Source of the DNA: a virus
Lineage: Duplodnaviria; Caudoviricetes
Virus record (IMG/VR): IMGVR_UViG_3300017585_000131
Span: 6,289 to 70,288 of that record
Reading direction: 5' to 3' (one strand)
DNA length: 64,000 nt
Of this stretch, positions 47,111-57,411 are shown piece by piece. Each line of letters begins with the position of its first letter. Within the stretch, counting starts at the first letter, position 1. Under the pieces are notes generated by a model. That model saw only the letters and a program-made list of their open reading frames with translations. It was not told the DNA's origin and made no database searches. The translations under genes and the position numbers were made by a program.

Positions 47111-47703
47111 TATATTTCTATAGAGTTGAAAATACTTGCTATTTCATTGTCACGAATACCAAGATAGACCATAGTCGTGTCTATATTTGCGTGTTTGAAT
47201 ATGCGATTTAGGTAGATAAGAGACTCATTCGTCCTTCCACTTTTCTCATAGACGTAACGACCGAATGTCTTTCTGAAAGTATGAGTGCTGAAGTTCTCTA
47301 TGTCAAGATTATACTTTATGACCCAAGACTTCAGCTGTTTGTTTATGTACTGGATAGATACAGCCTTTTTCTCTGGGGCTTTATGATTTTCCAGACAATA
47401 ACTGGTCTTATTGGGTCTGCCCATCTTTATATACAATGTGTCGAGGTGATCCAAAGTGTTATTGCCAAGCCATACAGATTGAGGCTTGCCTGTTTTCTTA
47501 GCCGTAACAGTGATTTTCTTTTTGTCAAGAACATCACACCAACGCAACCTGCTCACGTCAGAATAACGTAAGCCTGTACAAAAAGAAAGAATACAGTAGC
47601 AAGCCCACCAGTATTTCTTCTCGTCAATAAGAGATTGAACCAGTTTTTGATAATCCTTGAATGGCAGATAATCCGCCGTTGTTATACTACCTTTTTTACT
47701 CAT
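47110..47703 (-). CDS. Small tyrosine recombinase (catalytic domain only)
   Basis: GLRYSD (R), KKT (K), HTFRKT (H-x-x-R), FKH (H) and TMVYLG (Y); 197 aa with no arm-binding domain. Confidence 0.92.
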   Translation of the reverse strand: MSKKGSITTADYLPFKDYQKLVQSLIDEKKYWWACYCILSFCTGLRYSDVSRLRWCDVLDKKKITVTAKKTGKPQSVWLGNNTLDHLDTLYIKMGRPNKTSYCLENHKAPEKKAVSIQYINKQLKSWVIKYNLDIENFSTHTFRKTFGRYVYEKSGRTNESLIYLNRIFKHANIDTTMVYLGIRDNEIASIFNSIEI

Positions 47704-47730
47704 AACTTTTCAAATTTGGATTTATGGCTG

Positions 47731-47738
47731 CAAATTTA
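47731..47738 (-). promoter_or_regulatory. -7 element TAAATTTG for the recombinase
   Basis: Consensus match 28 bp upstream of the ATG. Confidence 0.65.
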
Positions 47739-47773
47739 CAATAAAAAATCCGAGAAAATAAAATATTTTGTTG

Positions 47774-47883
47774 GTTTCACTTTCTAAATAATGTTAAATA
47801 CAATATAAGTAATTGGTATTCAGTTATAAAAGCGTCGTTTGTTTCACTTTCGCGCACGTGCGTACATTAATAAGTGAAACAAA
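47774..47883. repeat. GTTTCACTTT..AAGTGAAAC repeats plus a TAACTGAATACCAAT box on the minus strand (site B, inverted relative to site A)
   Basis: Half-sites at 47774, 47841 and 47872. Confidence 0.8.
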
Positions 47884-47940
47884 AAGAGAGCGGTTTACAC
47901 CGCCCTCCGCTTAATAAAGATAATGATGTGTATGTGCTAT

Positions 47941-48684
47941 TTACATTGCTACGACATCGTTGTTAGCGTCATTCAGGAACTTATTTATAAAATATTGACA
48001 GCCTCTTTGTGTAACTTTGGTTGTGCGTGATACAAAAGGAGTGGTGGAGCCATTCTCTATTGTTCGAGTTATCACGACAAAGAGTTGCTGCTCCATTGCA
48101 AGCTGAGTTGGCTCGCATTTACCCTTGCAGATATATCCGTTATCCCTAAACCAATCCCATAAGCGATTGCCACCGATATTTATTCCATTCTGCTTTAAAA
48201 TTTTGGCAAGCTCACGAACTAAAATTGTGTCGGTGGATGATACCAGAGCATTGGCAAAATTGACTTTAGGAATATTAGCCTCGATCTGTTCAGCTTGTTT
48301 CTTGTTTTCTGACATTAGAACCTCGTTCTCTTCAACCCTTACAAGCAGTTCTTTTAATGCTTCTTTATAGGTGATGGGTAGTGCAGGCGCGTTCTGTCTA
48401 TGTGCAAGTTCTAACTCTTCCCAACGTATAACAAGTCTTGCACGTGCTTCATCATTAAATTTTGTGGCAATATATAAACACTCTAATTTATTTAGTTTAT
48501 ACATGGGTCTGCGCTCGCCCTTTTTATCTGTATATTCAACCAACGGAAATTTCCGTCCGTTGACCTTTTCCCATGCGCCCTCCATATTTCTGATAGCTTC
48601 GAGTACATCCGAGTGTCTTTTTCCTGTAATCTTCGCAATTTCAAGCGAAGTCATCGTTTCATTGTTAATTATCGATTTATTCAT
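47941..48684 (-). CDS. Rha-family regulator fused to KilAC/ANT antirepressor domain
   Basis: MTSLEIAKITGKRHSDVLEAIR..FNDEARARLVIRWEELE and PKVNFA..TTKVTQRGCQYFINKF. Confidence 0.9.
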   Translation of the reverse strand: MNKSIINNETMTSLEIAKITGKRHSDVLEAIRNMEGAWEKVNGRKFPLVEYTDKKGERRPMYKLNKLECLYIATKFNDEARARLVIRWEELELAHRQNAPALPITYKEALKELLVRVEENEVLMSENKKQAEQIEANIPKVNFANALVSSTDTILVRELAKILKQNGINIGGNRLWDWFRDNGYICKGKCEPTQLAMEQQLFVVITRTIENGSTTPFVSRTTKVTQRGCQYFINKFLNDANNDVVAM

Positions 48685-48723
48685 GTCTTAAATTTATTGC
48701 TTACTTATACATTGTTTGAAATT

Positions 48724-49179
48724 TTATTTCGCGCCAGAATGACCAAAACCGCCTTCGCCCCTTTCTGTTTGTGATAATTCACTCACCACCTCAAATGGCT
48801 CATCGTAATATTTTTCAATTACCATTTGTGCAATGCGTGTTCCCTGCGGCACAATAAAAGATGTGTCTTCTTGACTTTTTATAATTACTCCGACATTGCC
48901 GCGATAGCTTTCATCGACCATACCAATAATCACGTCGGCATTAAATTTTTTTGTAATGCTATCTGAGGTCTTACCCTCTATGCCTTTAAGTGAAAAACCG
49001 CTGCGAGGGCGTATGTTGGCTTCATAGCCCTTATCCAGTTCTATACTGATACCAAGTGGAATCAGATTGCGACCAAAGTGTATCTCAGTGTCTTTTGGCA
49101 CATATAGGTCATAACCTGCGGCTCCTTGTTCGGCTCTTGTTGGTACTTTCGCGTTTTCTGATAATAACTTAATTCTCAT
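48724..49179 (-). CDS. dut: dUTPase (trimeric)
   Basis: AAGYDL, IRPRSG, GMVDESYRG, RIAQMV and RGEGGFGHSG motifs. Confidence 0.95.
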   Translation of the reverse strand: MRIKLLSENAKVPTRAEQGAAGYDLYVPKDTEIHFGRNLIPLGISIELDKGYEANIRPRSGFSLKGIEGKTSDSITKKFNADVIIGMVDESYRGNVGVIIKSQEDTSFIVPQGTRIAQMVIEKYYDEPFEVVSELSQTERGEGGFGHSGAK

Positions 49180-49529
49180 TGTTTGTTGTTTTTTAATAAT
49201 AAATATTCGCTTTCAAGCATTACGGATGTCTTAATCATTTTGCGAGTGGAATATATTTTCCTGTCCTCGCCTATTTCATTATCAAACTCAAATATGGTCA
49301 ATACGCCAATATCATCAGGATCGATCTGAAAGTCTGGTGGCACGGCTCTCCAATAACGCTTGTTTACAGAGATAATGTCTCCGTAAGCGGCTTTTATAAG
49401 TGATTGCCGTAATGTGCCTGTTATAGTGGCGGCTTCACTGATAGACTTGAATATTGCCACCAGTTTATATGTTGCGTCAAATGCCACTATTTGAGTTGGG
49501 GTACTACTGATTATTTTCTGTGTTGCCAT
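49176..49529 (-). CDS. Hypothetical protein with NUMOD1-like HTH
   Basis: LVAIFKSISEAATITG. Confidence 0.6.
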   Translation of the reverse strand: MATQKIISSTPTQIVAFDATYKLVAIFKSISEAATITGTLRQSLIKAAYGDIISVNKRYWRAVPPDFQIDPDDIGVLTIFEFDNEIGEDRKIYSTRKMIKTSVMLESEYLLLKNNKQ

Positions 49530-49980
49530 TTATTGAACGTTGTTTAATTATTTCTTGCAGGACATCGTTTGGTAAGCGGCTTTCTGCAAGACTATATGCA
49601 AAGCCATCGCTATACGCCACACCGTCAGAAATTGCATCGCCGACAAGATTATTGAAATACAACAGCATTTCCGGATTACAGAAAGCTATGTACAAGAACA
49701 CCAATTCCGAAGAAATCCAGACATGATTATTGGGGGCGACATAGAACAATTCCGATGTCGGACGATTATAATGGTCTGCCAGTACTTTAATCATGCTTTT
49801 GCATGAACGAGAGAATATTTTGTAATCAACATCTTCCAGTTTATTGACCGCAATGTAATTTGTTGCGTCAAACACTACTTGCCCCTGTGAAACAGTGGAG
49901 AATTTCAAGCCTGTCAGCTCTGGAAATAGCTCCTCTGTTTCTTTCGGGTCATCTTTTAAGTATGTCGTTTTGTAATCCAT
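49504..49980 (-). CDS. KilA-N-like protein
   Basis: VFDATNY..HVWISSELVFLYIAFCNPE pattern. Confidence 0.5.
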   Translation of the reverse strand: MDYKTTYLKDDPKETEELFPELTGLKFSTVSQGQVVFDATNYIAVNKLEDVDYKIFSRSCKSMIKVLADHYNRPTSELFYVAPNNHVWISSELVFLYIAFCNPEMLLYFNNLVGDAISDGVAYSDGFAYSLAESRLPNDVLQEIIKQRSINGNTENNQ

Positions 49981-50429
49981 TATTCTTCTTCGTGTTCGAT
50001 AACATCCATAATCTTGGTTTCGTGCAACACCTCAATGACATAATCAGCCATAGAATCACGCATCATTTCCTTAATGTATGCGTTAGCTTTGTCAATATTG
50101 TTGGCTTGTACAAGATAGTTGACGTAAGAGCGAGTCCCTTCATTCGTGCGCTCGTTCAGCGTTATATACGCCAGCTTTACCTTGTACCACTTGTCATCTT
50201 GCTCGTTATCAGAGAACAGAATTTCACTAAAATCCGCACGTTTGATTGTGGCGATTTGGGCTTCATTCATAGAATAATCGGAAATGTACTCCGAGATGTT
50301 TGCTTCCGCTTCAGTGAATGAAAGAGCGTCCACGACGAACATTTCGCTTGTGCGTTTGATTGCCCCCTTGTCGTTTGTTTTCATGTAAGACACTTTAGTC
50401 TCGAACCATGTTGAATTTTTTATTTCCAT
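49980..50429 (-). CDS. DUF4494 family protein
   Basis: WFETKVSY..VVDALSFTEAEA..WYKVKL..YLVQA. Confidence 0.85.
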   Translation of the reverse strand: MEIKNSTWFETKVSYMKTNDKGAIKRTSEMFVVDALSFTEAEANISEYISDYSMNEAQIATIKRADFSEILFSDNEQDDKWYKVKLAYITLNERTNEGTRSYVNYLVQANNIDKANAYIKEMMRDSMADYVIEVLHETKIMDVIEHEEE

Positions 50430-50675
50430 GTTTTTTTGTTTTTAAGTCCACGATGTGCCGTGGAGAGGTTAAACTTGTGTACTGTCGGATTATAATAGTA
50501 TATGGTGTACAGCAAAATCGTGTTAAAAACTGTTTCACGGCTTGTAAGTCCACGAGTATGAGCGAATAAAAATTTTGAAATTATTTTTCTGGGTGCATAA
50601 CAAGAGCTTTTTGCGGTGTACATGAGTTTTGGGGTTCCGTGTTCAGGTGAGCTATTAACAAGAAAAACAGAAATT

Positions 50676-52004
50676 ATGCGCAAAAGAACAGAAACAAACT
50701 CAACAGGCAATTTCTTCACCACCGAAGCATTGATTGCCCATTACAACATTTATAAGAAAACCATTCAGGAATATACGGAAGAGTTGATTAGGCGCTGCCA
50801 GTATAAAAACATCGTCAGTCAAGTCGCTGATGGCGTTGTTATGGATGACCGTTCAAGGCTGATAGACCTCTATGACGCTTGTTATATACAAAACGCTCAT
50901 CTGCAAGGAACGATAGAGACCCTGTTATCACAGTTGGTTGGTAAACGATATATGCTTGCGAGAGAAGATGATAATGGAAAATGGGTACGAGACCCACAAC
51001 AATCAAAAATATGTCAAGGCACACAATTTGAGAAGATAGTCCGTGCTATTGTGGAAAGCAAATTGTATGGCTACTCCCTCATAGAGATAATGTCAGACAT
51101 AGACCCTGAGACAGGGCTGTTGCGAGAAGTAAACAATATAGAAAGGCGAAATGTGTTGCCAGACCAGCGAAGAGTTGTGCAGCGTTGGCACGAATGGACT
51201 CCCGGCTGGGATTTAGATGTAGAGCAGTTTAAGCATAACTATGTGCTTGTCAATAGCGGTGGGTTTGGCTTGTTTGCAGCCACCACTCCGAATATACTTG
51301 CTCAAAAATACACCGTAAGCAACTGGGTAAACTTCAGCCATACTTACGGACAGCCTTTGATACACGGGAAGACAGCTTCAGAAGATAACGAGTCACGCCA
51401 AAGATTAGCGAGGCGTATGGCTTCAGCCGCTCAAAACAAGATTCTCGTGACTGGCAAGGATGATGAGGTTGACATTAAAACGTTCACTATGTCTAATTCC
51501 GAGCAGATATATCGTACTTTGGTAGAACACGTAAACAAGGAGAACGACAACCTGATATTGGGAAGTGAATCAATGGCAGGCGGTATGCAATCATACGTTG
51601 GTTCAACTAAAGCTCACGAAGACATCTATCGTGCTCGTATTCAGACTTATCGGACATACGTTGAAAATGTGATGAACGAGCAGGTTATGCCGATTTTCAG
51701 ATATTGGGGATTGGTTCAAGGTGATGTCATGTTCAAGTATATGAACAAGATAGAGATGTCTGACGAAAATAAGATCAAGCTCTATGATATGCTTACGAAC
51801 AAATACGAGATTGAGCCAGAAGAAATCAATAAGGAATGGGGCATTGAAGTCGGTCAACAACGCAATTTTGAGAACGGGAATAACAGCACGAGTCTCGGCG
51901 ATTGGGGCGATGGTGATGACAGCCACAGAATGAGCGACGAGGAATATTATAAGCGTTACGGTCATCATAGAGACAGTGTAAATTTTCTGTCAGGGGTGCA
52001 ATAA
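50676..52004 (+). CDS. Portal protein (DUF935 / Mu gp29-like)
   Basis: LIDLYD..HLQG, SKLYGYSLIE and FSHTYGQPLIHGKT motifs; first gene of the head module. Confidence 0.85.
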   Translation: MRKRTETNSTGNFFTTEALIAHYNIYKKTIQEYTEELIRRCQYKNIVSQVADGVVMDDRSRLIDLYDACYIQNAHLQGTIETLLSQLVGKRYMLAREDDNGKWVRDPQQSKICQGTQFEKIVRAIVESKLYGYSLIEIMSDIDPETGLLREVNNIERRNVLPDQRRVVQRWHEWTPGWDLDVEQFKHNYVLVNSGGFGLFAATTPNILAQKYTVSNWVNFSHTYGQPLIHGKTASEDNESRQRLARRMASAAQNKILVTGKDDEVDIKTFTMSNSEQIYRTLVEHVNKENDNLILGSESMAGGMQSYVGSTKAHEDIYRARIQTYRTYVENVMNEQVMPIFRYWGLVQGDVMFKYMNKIEMSDENKIKLYDMLTNKYEIEPEEINKEWGIEVGQQRNFENGNNSTSLGDWGDGDDSHRMSDEEYYKRYGHHRDSVNFLSGVQ

Positions 52005-52048
52005 AAGGCGGTTGCACCCTTAACCTCAGCAAGCGTATTAAAGCTGCC

Positions 52049-52939
52049 ATGAGTGACGATGAAAAGGCACGACATGACAGTGAATACAAAGAGCTGTTAG
52101 CCTTGTTTATCGAATTGCTTAAATATATCCATGCCGACAGCAAGGAAGAGGCGTTGTACGCTCTTTCTGAATTGAGAGCCGAGTTTGCCATTAATCATGT
52201 GCTTAAAGGATTGGATTTGGATGTTGACGAGGCTTTAATGCTTTTACAAAACGCTGACGATGAGAATCTAACCCAGTATGATAAAGATTTGAGAGATAGG
52301 GTTGTTGCCGCTGTGAATAACCTTATAGATTTTGCTGTATGTGAAGAATATCAGCTGTATAGCGAGGCTTCTGACCTTATCGGTGATGAAGAGGTTGATT
52401 TTAATTCTGATGATTACGAAGAATTAGAGGCTCTTTGTGAGAAATACAACGATATTTACGCCACAGTTGAAGACACTGATATAGAGTATGCGGGCATTAT
52501 GGCTGCATGGTGGATAAAGCTGTCAGCTGCCGATTACGTCGTATATTGGACCCAGAATGACGCTAAAGTACGTCCGTGGCACATGGCATTACAAGGATAT
52601 GCTGCACCCAGAGACGAGTTTCCAAGTTGGATGATACCGCCTATTGAATATAACTGTCGCTGTTTTCTGGAAACATTGGAGTTTGCTGCTATACAAAGCA
52701 AAGTGGGTAAGGTCCAAGCGGGAGTTCTTGAAATTCAGGGCAAAAAGTCTTTATCAATCAAAAATGCTTTGAAAGCGGAAAAACCAAAACAAATTGGCGA
52801 TGTTTATTCAGAAAGCCTCGCTAAGTGTGGTAAAATCTTCAGCGCATCGCACAATTATTTTCAAGTCAAAGAAGCTGACACGGAAATGTTACAAGATTTT
52901 GTAAAGCGGATTAAAGAAAAGTGGTATGGCGAAGTATGA
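52049..52939 (+). CDS. Head morphogenesis protein (Mu gpF / SPP1 gp7-like)
   Basis: YWTQNDAKVRPWH..PPIEYNCRC. Confidence 0.85.
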   Translation: MSDDEKARHDSEYKELLALFIELLKYIHADSKEEALYALSELRAEFAINHVLKGLDLDVDEALMLLQNADDENLTQYDKDLRDRVVAAVNNLIDFAVCEEYQLYSEASDLIGDEEVDFNSDDYEELEALCEKYNDIYATVEDTDIEYAGIMAAWWIKLSAADYVVYWTQNDAKVRPWHMALQGYAAPRDEFPSWMIPPIEYNCRCFLETLEFAAIQSKVGKVQAGVLEIQGKKSLSIKNALKAEKPKQIGDVYSESLAKCGKIFSASHNYFQVKEADTEMLQDFVKRIKEKWYGEV

Positions 52940-53822
52940 TATAAATAAGTTTGAGTTTTATAACGGCAAACTTTACTATAACGGCTTTTATGCGACCAGA
53001 CAACAAGTGTCCGCATATAAAAAGCTGACAGGTCATTCTTCAGCCAAAGCCACCACAAGCAAACCAAGAGAACGCTATCGAGTAGGCAATCGCTGGGCTA
53101 AAATGCTTTCGATAAACCCAAATTCAAAAGCGGGTACGGCAAAATCGTGGGCAAAACCTTTAGCTAATAAAAACGGTTTTATACAAGTTGGTCGTGGCAA
53201 TAAAATCATAGAAAGAGGCGGTAATACATACTGGGGAGCTAACCTTAAATCAACTAAAAGAGGAGTTGTTAGTGCTGGTACATTATTAATCGGCAGTAAG
53301 GATTGGATAAGACACATACAAATGAGCATACATCAACTACAAGTGCAAGCTGAATATTTCAGGATTGCTGTCGGTTATCGTGCGCAAAAAGTATTCCAAG
53401 ACTCTTTTAGGTTTCAACGATTTTATAGTGCGGAAGGGCAAAAATGGGCTTCTTTGTCAGCTTATACGCTAAGAAAAAGAATGAAGCGCAAAACAAGTGG
53501 ACCTATCCTGCGTGAATATGGCGATTTGCTAAACTCCATAAAAATAGAGGAAAATACTGCTTTAGAATCTGGTACTATCGGAACACAAATATACACTGAT
53601 AAAGTGCCAATGAACTTGGCTCATCATAAAAAGCACACGCTATGTTATGCCGGTTGGCACAATGAGGGCAAGGGAACATACGGACGAGGCGTAAAGGGAA
53701 GATCACCTAAGCCTTACAAGAAACGACAATTCATAGGTCATTCCAGCAAAATTCTCCATTTTGCGGCTCAAATACAAAAGCGTTACCTGTTTGATATGGT
53801 ATTCTTATCAAAGAAAGTGTGA
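52926..53822 (+). CDS. Virion morphogenesis protein (Mu gpG-like) with basic N-terminal extension
   Basis: KWASLSAYT..ILREYGDLLNSI..YAGWHNEG..KRQFIGHS. Confidence 0.75.
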   Translation: MAKYDINKFEFYNGKLYYNGFYATRQQVSAYKKLTGHSSAKATTSKPRERYRVGNRWAKMLSINPNSKAGTAKSWAKPLANKNGFIQVGRGNKIIERGGNTYWGANLKSTKRGVVSAGTLLIGSKDWIRHIQMSIHQLQVQAEYFRIAVGYRAQKVFQDSFRFQRFYSAEGQKWASLSAYTLRKRMKRKTSGPILREYGDLLNSIKIEENTALESGTIGTQIYTDKVPMNLAHHKKHTLCYAGWHNEGKGTYGRGVKGRSPKPYKKRQFIGHSSKILHFAAQIQKRYLFDMVFLSKKV

Positions 53823-53860
53823 CGTTATGCCGCTGACTATTATTCATAAAGAAGAACCGT

Positions 53861-54619
53861 ATGATTATTGATAAGAAAAATAAGCAAGTAGTCAGTGGGA
53901 ATCAAGAGAGTGTGCTTGCCCCTGCAAAGGACACGATAGACAGTACTGAAATAGTCGAAGTACCAGAGCAAGTCGCCACTAATGGAGCGATGGATGTACT
54001 GAAGGCTATGAAGGAGATATTGCGAAGCGTGACTTGGGAGTATGGTGTCACCGACTCCCCCAAGATATTCAGAACTGTGCAAATAGATGACGGTCAATAT
54101 GAGCGCATCATATCAACTTCAGGAAACCAAGAAGAAACGCTTGGATTCCCTGCTGCGTTCATACATTTCATAGAGTGGTATTATTTGGTTGACCAAAGTG
54201 TTGTTAAAGAAGGTCGTGCTCAGTTGCGCATACGTTTTATCCTGAATAGCCTCAACGTACATGAAGATGGGCATGATATGGATGTTTATTATGTAGCTGA
54301 AAGGATAAAGCAGACCATAGAGGAAAACATTTCCAAATATGAGTGTCTGCAAGAACGTTGTCGATTGACTTACATCGACCCTATGGAGAGTTTTGACAAC
54401 AGCTTACAGCCTTGTTGGATGACTTACGAGATATGGTTCAAGCAATCAAATGTATGGCGGACAAGGAACAAAATTTACAAGAAGCTCGTGTGTCCTCCAT
54501 TCACTAATCACGCAGATCAAGACACAAGCATAGAGGGAGTTAATCTTGATAACCATACCAATCTTGACCATCCACGCAAGTATGACGAGGCTACGAATTA
54601 CAAACTCACAACCGAATAG
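53861..54619 (+). CDS. Putative tail terminator / neck protein
   Basis: FPAAFIHF motif and position in the module. Confidence 0.5.
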   Translation: MIIDKKNKQVVSGNQESVLAPAKDTIDSTEIVEVPEQVATNGAMDVLKAMKEILRSVTWEYGVTDSPKIFRTVQIDDGQYERIISTSGNQEETLGFPAAFIHFIEWYYLVDQSVVKEGRAQLRIRFILNSLNVHEDGHDMDVYYVAERIKQTIEENISKYECLQERCRLTYIDPMESFDNSLQPCWMTYEIWFKQSNVWRTRNKIYKKLVCPPFTNHADQDTSIEGVNLDNHTNLDHPRKYDEATNYKLTTE

Positions 54620-54704
54620 TTAAACTTGCTGACTATAAGTTAGTTGCGAAAATATTTTCACATAAATTCAAAAATCATTCACTATTAACAAGAAAAGTAA
54701 AAGC

Positions 54705-55952
54705 ATGGCAACGCAAAAGTTTAAATACATCAAAGGAAAGTATTGCACTGGAACACCTGCTGACATCTGTTTTTATACTGATGTTGACTACTGGAGTGTA
54801 GAAGAATTTTTGTATGAATTTGACTATCTCTTGAACTATGTGAATCCAAGTAAAATACGCATCCATATAAATTCTACAGGTGGTAGTGTTACTGATGGAA
54901 TGAGCGTATTTAGTAAAATTCTGAATTGCCCAATACCTACGGAAACCATCAACGACGCTTTAGCGGCTTCTATGGGGTCTATCATTTGGGCGGCAGGTGA
55001 TGAGTTGTATATGAGAGATTACGCTTTGTTGATGATACATAATCCCTTTGCGGATAACGACGGAGAGAAAGAGTATAATCAGATAACGGACGCTTTCAAG
55101 CAACAATTAAAAACCATCTATGTAAAACGCTTTGGTTTAACAGAGGAAGAAGTAGAAGACATAATGAATGGCAAAGAAGGCGATGACGGCACTTTCTTCA
55201 CGGCAGAACAAGCCGTAGAAAAGGGGTTTGTACAAGCCGACCACGTTATTGAAACGCCCAAAGCCACCAAAGACCAGATACAAGCAGCACTGAAAGACTG
55301 TAAGGATATGGCAAAAATCAAAGCTGTGTTTGGGTTGGCTACTTCAGTACCAGCTTTTACAAATACGAAAAATCAAGAACAAACAATAACAATTTTATCA
55401 GAAATGGAAAAGAATGAAATTACCGTTTTTGCCGCTCTCTTCGGACTTACGGGAGAGAAGGCTACCACTGAGAATGTTACTGCTAAAATCAATGAGTTGA
55501 AGGCTAAGGCTGACAAAGCAGAAGGTCTCCAGAAATCATTGGACGAGGCTAACGCTCAGTTGACCGAGACAAAGGCTTCTCTCACAGGAGCTGAGACTTC
55601 AGTAAAGAACCTTCAGGCAGACCTCGACACAACGAAAACCACCTTGAAGAAGTATCAAGACGCAGAGAAAGCCGCACAGGAAGCTAAGGTGAAAGCTCTT
55701 ATCGACCAAGCCGTTGCTGATTGTAAAATCAACAAGGACGAGGTTGAAACCTACACCAAAATGGCACAGGACAACTTTGAGCTTGCTCAAAACGTGCTGG
55801 CGAAGATACCTGCCCGTGACAATCTGGGCAATATCATATCGCAAGCCAACGCCAATGCCGCACAGAACGGCGTAAAAACCGCCGAGCAGGAAGTGCAGGC
55901 TAAGGTAGAGGCTACTATAGGCAAAAATTTCGAGTTCAAGAAACTCAGCTAA
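54705..55952 (+). CDS. ClpP-type prohead protease fused to scaffold
   Basis: INSTGGSV, LAASMGS and LMIHNP motifs; coiled-coil C-terminus. Confidence 0.9.
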   Translation: MATQKFKYIKGKYCTGTPADICFYTDVDYWSVEEFLYEFDYLLNYVNPSKIRIHINSTGGSVTDGMSVFSKILNCPIPTETINDALAASMGSIIWAAGDELYMRDYALLMIHNPFADNDGEKEYNQITDAFKQQLKTIYVKRFGLTEEEVEDIMNGKEGDDGTFFTAEQAVEKGFVQADHVIETPKATKDQIQAALKDCKDMAKIKAVFGLATSVPAFTNTKNQEQTITILSEMEKNEITVFAALFGLTGEKATTENVTAKINELKAKADKAEGLQKSLDEANAQLTETKASLTGAETSVKNLQADLDTTKTTLKKYQDAEKAAQEAKVKALIDQAVADCKINKDEVETYTKMAQDNFELAQNVLAKIPARDNLGNIISQANANAAQNGVKTAEQEVQAKVEATIGKNFEFKKLS

Positions 55953-55989
55953 TAAACGAAAGTAAAACACTTAAAAAACGATATAAACA

Positions 55990-57054
55990 ATGGCAGTTTT
56001 TGAATTTGGCGCAGGTCAGAGTAACTATACGGGCGAAGTCCTTGAAGACCTCTTGACTTATACCGCGCAAGAGAACGAGACCTACAAGGAAGGTCTTATT
56101 CACATCAAGTCTGGCATACAGAAGAAATACGCTCTTCCGGGTGTTCAGCTTGGTACGATAATCCAAGATCGTAAGCCTACCCCAGTATCGCCTACCGATT
56201 CTTTGGGTACTTACAAGTTTGCGGGGCGTTACCTCGAACCACAGGACTTCATGGTCTATATGGAGTTCAACCCACGTGATTTTGAGCAGTACTACAAACC
56301 ATTCCAACCAAAGGGAAATCTCGTATTCCGCGAGCTTGACCCGAAGGTTCAGGCAACCATGATACGTCTGTTGATGGAGCGCAAGACTGAGTATGTCAAT
56401 CATGCTATTTGGTGTTCAGCCCTTGAAGCTGACAGCAAGGTCATCGCAAGCGCAGACGGCTCTGTAGCGGCAGGCAGCACTGAGATTGGTGGCGAGGACG
56501 CAGCAGGTCCGATGAAGTTCTTTAACGGTGCTATCGCACGTATGCTCATCAACTCAGCCGCAGCTGACAACACAGAGGACGCTAAGTGTGGTAAGGTCAA
56601 CATCGCTGGCACTGGCGTGTTCGCGGACGGCGCTGCTGTAGAGGCCGAACTCTTCAAGATGTGGCAGGCAACTGAGCCAAAGGTTCGCAAGAAGGCAGGC
56701 TTGGTTATCCTCATGGACTATAAGTCTTGGGATGCTTACAATACATACCTATCCAGCAAGACCTACAAGAGCAACGATAACCGTGAAGAGAATCAGCACA
56801 GGTTCCAGGGCAAGCGTATCATACCTATGGTGGCGTTCCCAGACGACACTATCATCATGGGCGTGTTCACCACAGGTGTTGACTCTAACCTCTGGTTGGG
56901 CGTTGACTACTCCAACGACGAAGACGTCTTGCAGGTAGAAAAGCTCCAGAACAACTCTGAGCTTTACTTCTTCAAGATGTTGATAAAGATGGATGTCAAC
57001 ATCACACGTCCTGCTGAAATCACGGCTCACATACCGTTCTCTTACGGTGGATAA
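55990..57054 (+). CDS. Major capsid protein
   Basis: 354 aa directly after the protease, biased codon usage, followed by a hairpin. Confidence 0.8.
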   Translation: MAVFEFGAGQSNYTGEVLEDLLTYTAQENETYKEGLIHIKSGIQKKYALPGVQLGTIIQDRKPTPVSPTDSLGTYKFAGRYLEPQDFMVYMEFNPRDFEQYYKPFQPKGNLVFRELDPKVQATMIRLLMERKTEYVNHAIWCSALEADSKVIASADGSVAAGSTEIGGEDAAGPMKFFNGAIARMLINSAAADNTEDAKCGKVNIAGTGVFADGAAVEAELFKMWQATEPKVRKKAGLVILMDYKSWDAYNTYLSSKTYKSNDNREENQHRFQGKRIIPMVAFPDDTIIMGVFTTGVDSNLWLGVDYSNDEDVLQVEKLQNNSELYFFKMLIKMDVNITRPAEITAHIPFSYGG

Positions 57055-57074
57055 GTCATAAGCAATGTAATTAT

Positions 57075-57100
57075 GCGAGACGGTTTAAGTGCCGTCTCGC
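57075..57100 (+). terminator. Hairpin after the capsid gene
   Basis: GCGAGACGG/CCGTCTCGC; weak U-tract. Confidence 0.55.
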
Positions 57101-57120
57101 TATATTAAAACTTATACAAT

Positions 57121-57402
57121 ATGGGTAGAACAGCTAAAACGAAAATCGCAGAGACGGCTACACAAGTCGAGAATCCAGTGAACGAGGAAGACGAGACTGT
57201 AGAGACGGCTACACAAGTCGAGAATCCAGTGAACGAGGAAGAAGCTGACAATCTGAGTGACGATGTTATCGCCCTGATGAAGCTCTATCCCCAGTACGAA
57301 CATCTCTACATAACCCCGAAAGGCTTTGTTCACCCCTCTGGAGTTCCTGAGTACTTGCGAAAGGGAGCTAAACTTTACAAAAACAAATATTATCATAAAT
57401 AA
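57121..57402 (+). CDS. Small protein with an internal 42-bp direct repeat (57150-57191, 57201-57242)
   Basis: ETATQVENPVNEE x2. Confidence 0.7.
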   Translation: MGRTAKTKIAETATQVENPVNEEDETVETATQVENPVNEEEADNLSDDVIALMKLYPQYEHLYITPKGFVHPSGVPEYLRKGAKLYKNKYYHK

Positions 57403-57411
57403 TTCATAACA

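Noticed and set aside
47110-47703. Recombinase as the tRNA-Ser integrase
   Set aside because: It has no arm-binding or core-binding N-terminal domains and lies about 45 kb from the att site; more like an invertase or resolvase.
57150-57242. 42-bp direct repeat as a mini-CRISPR
   Set aside because: Two in-frame copies separated by only 9 bp inside a coding region.
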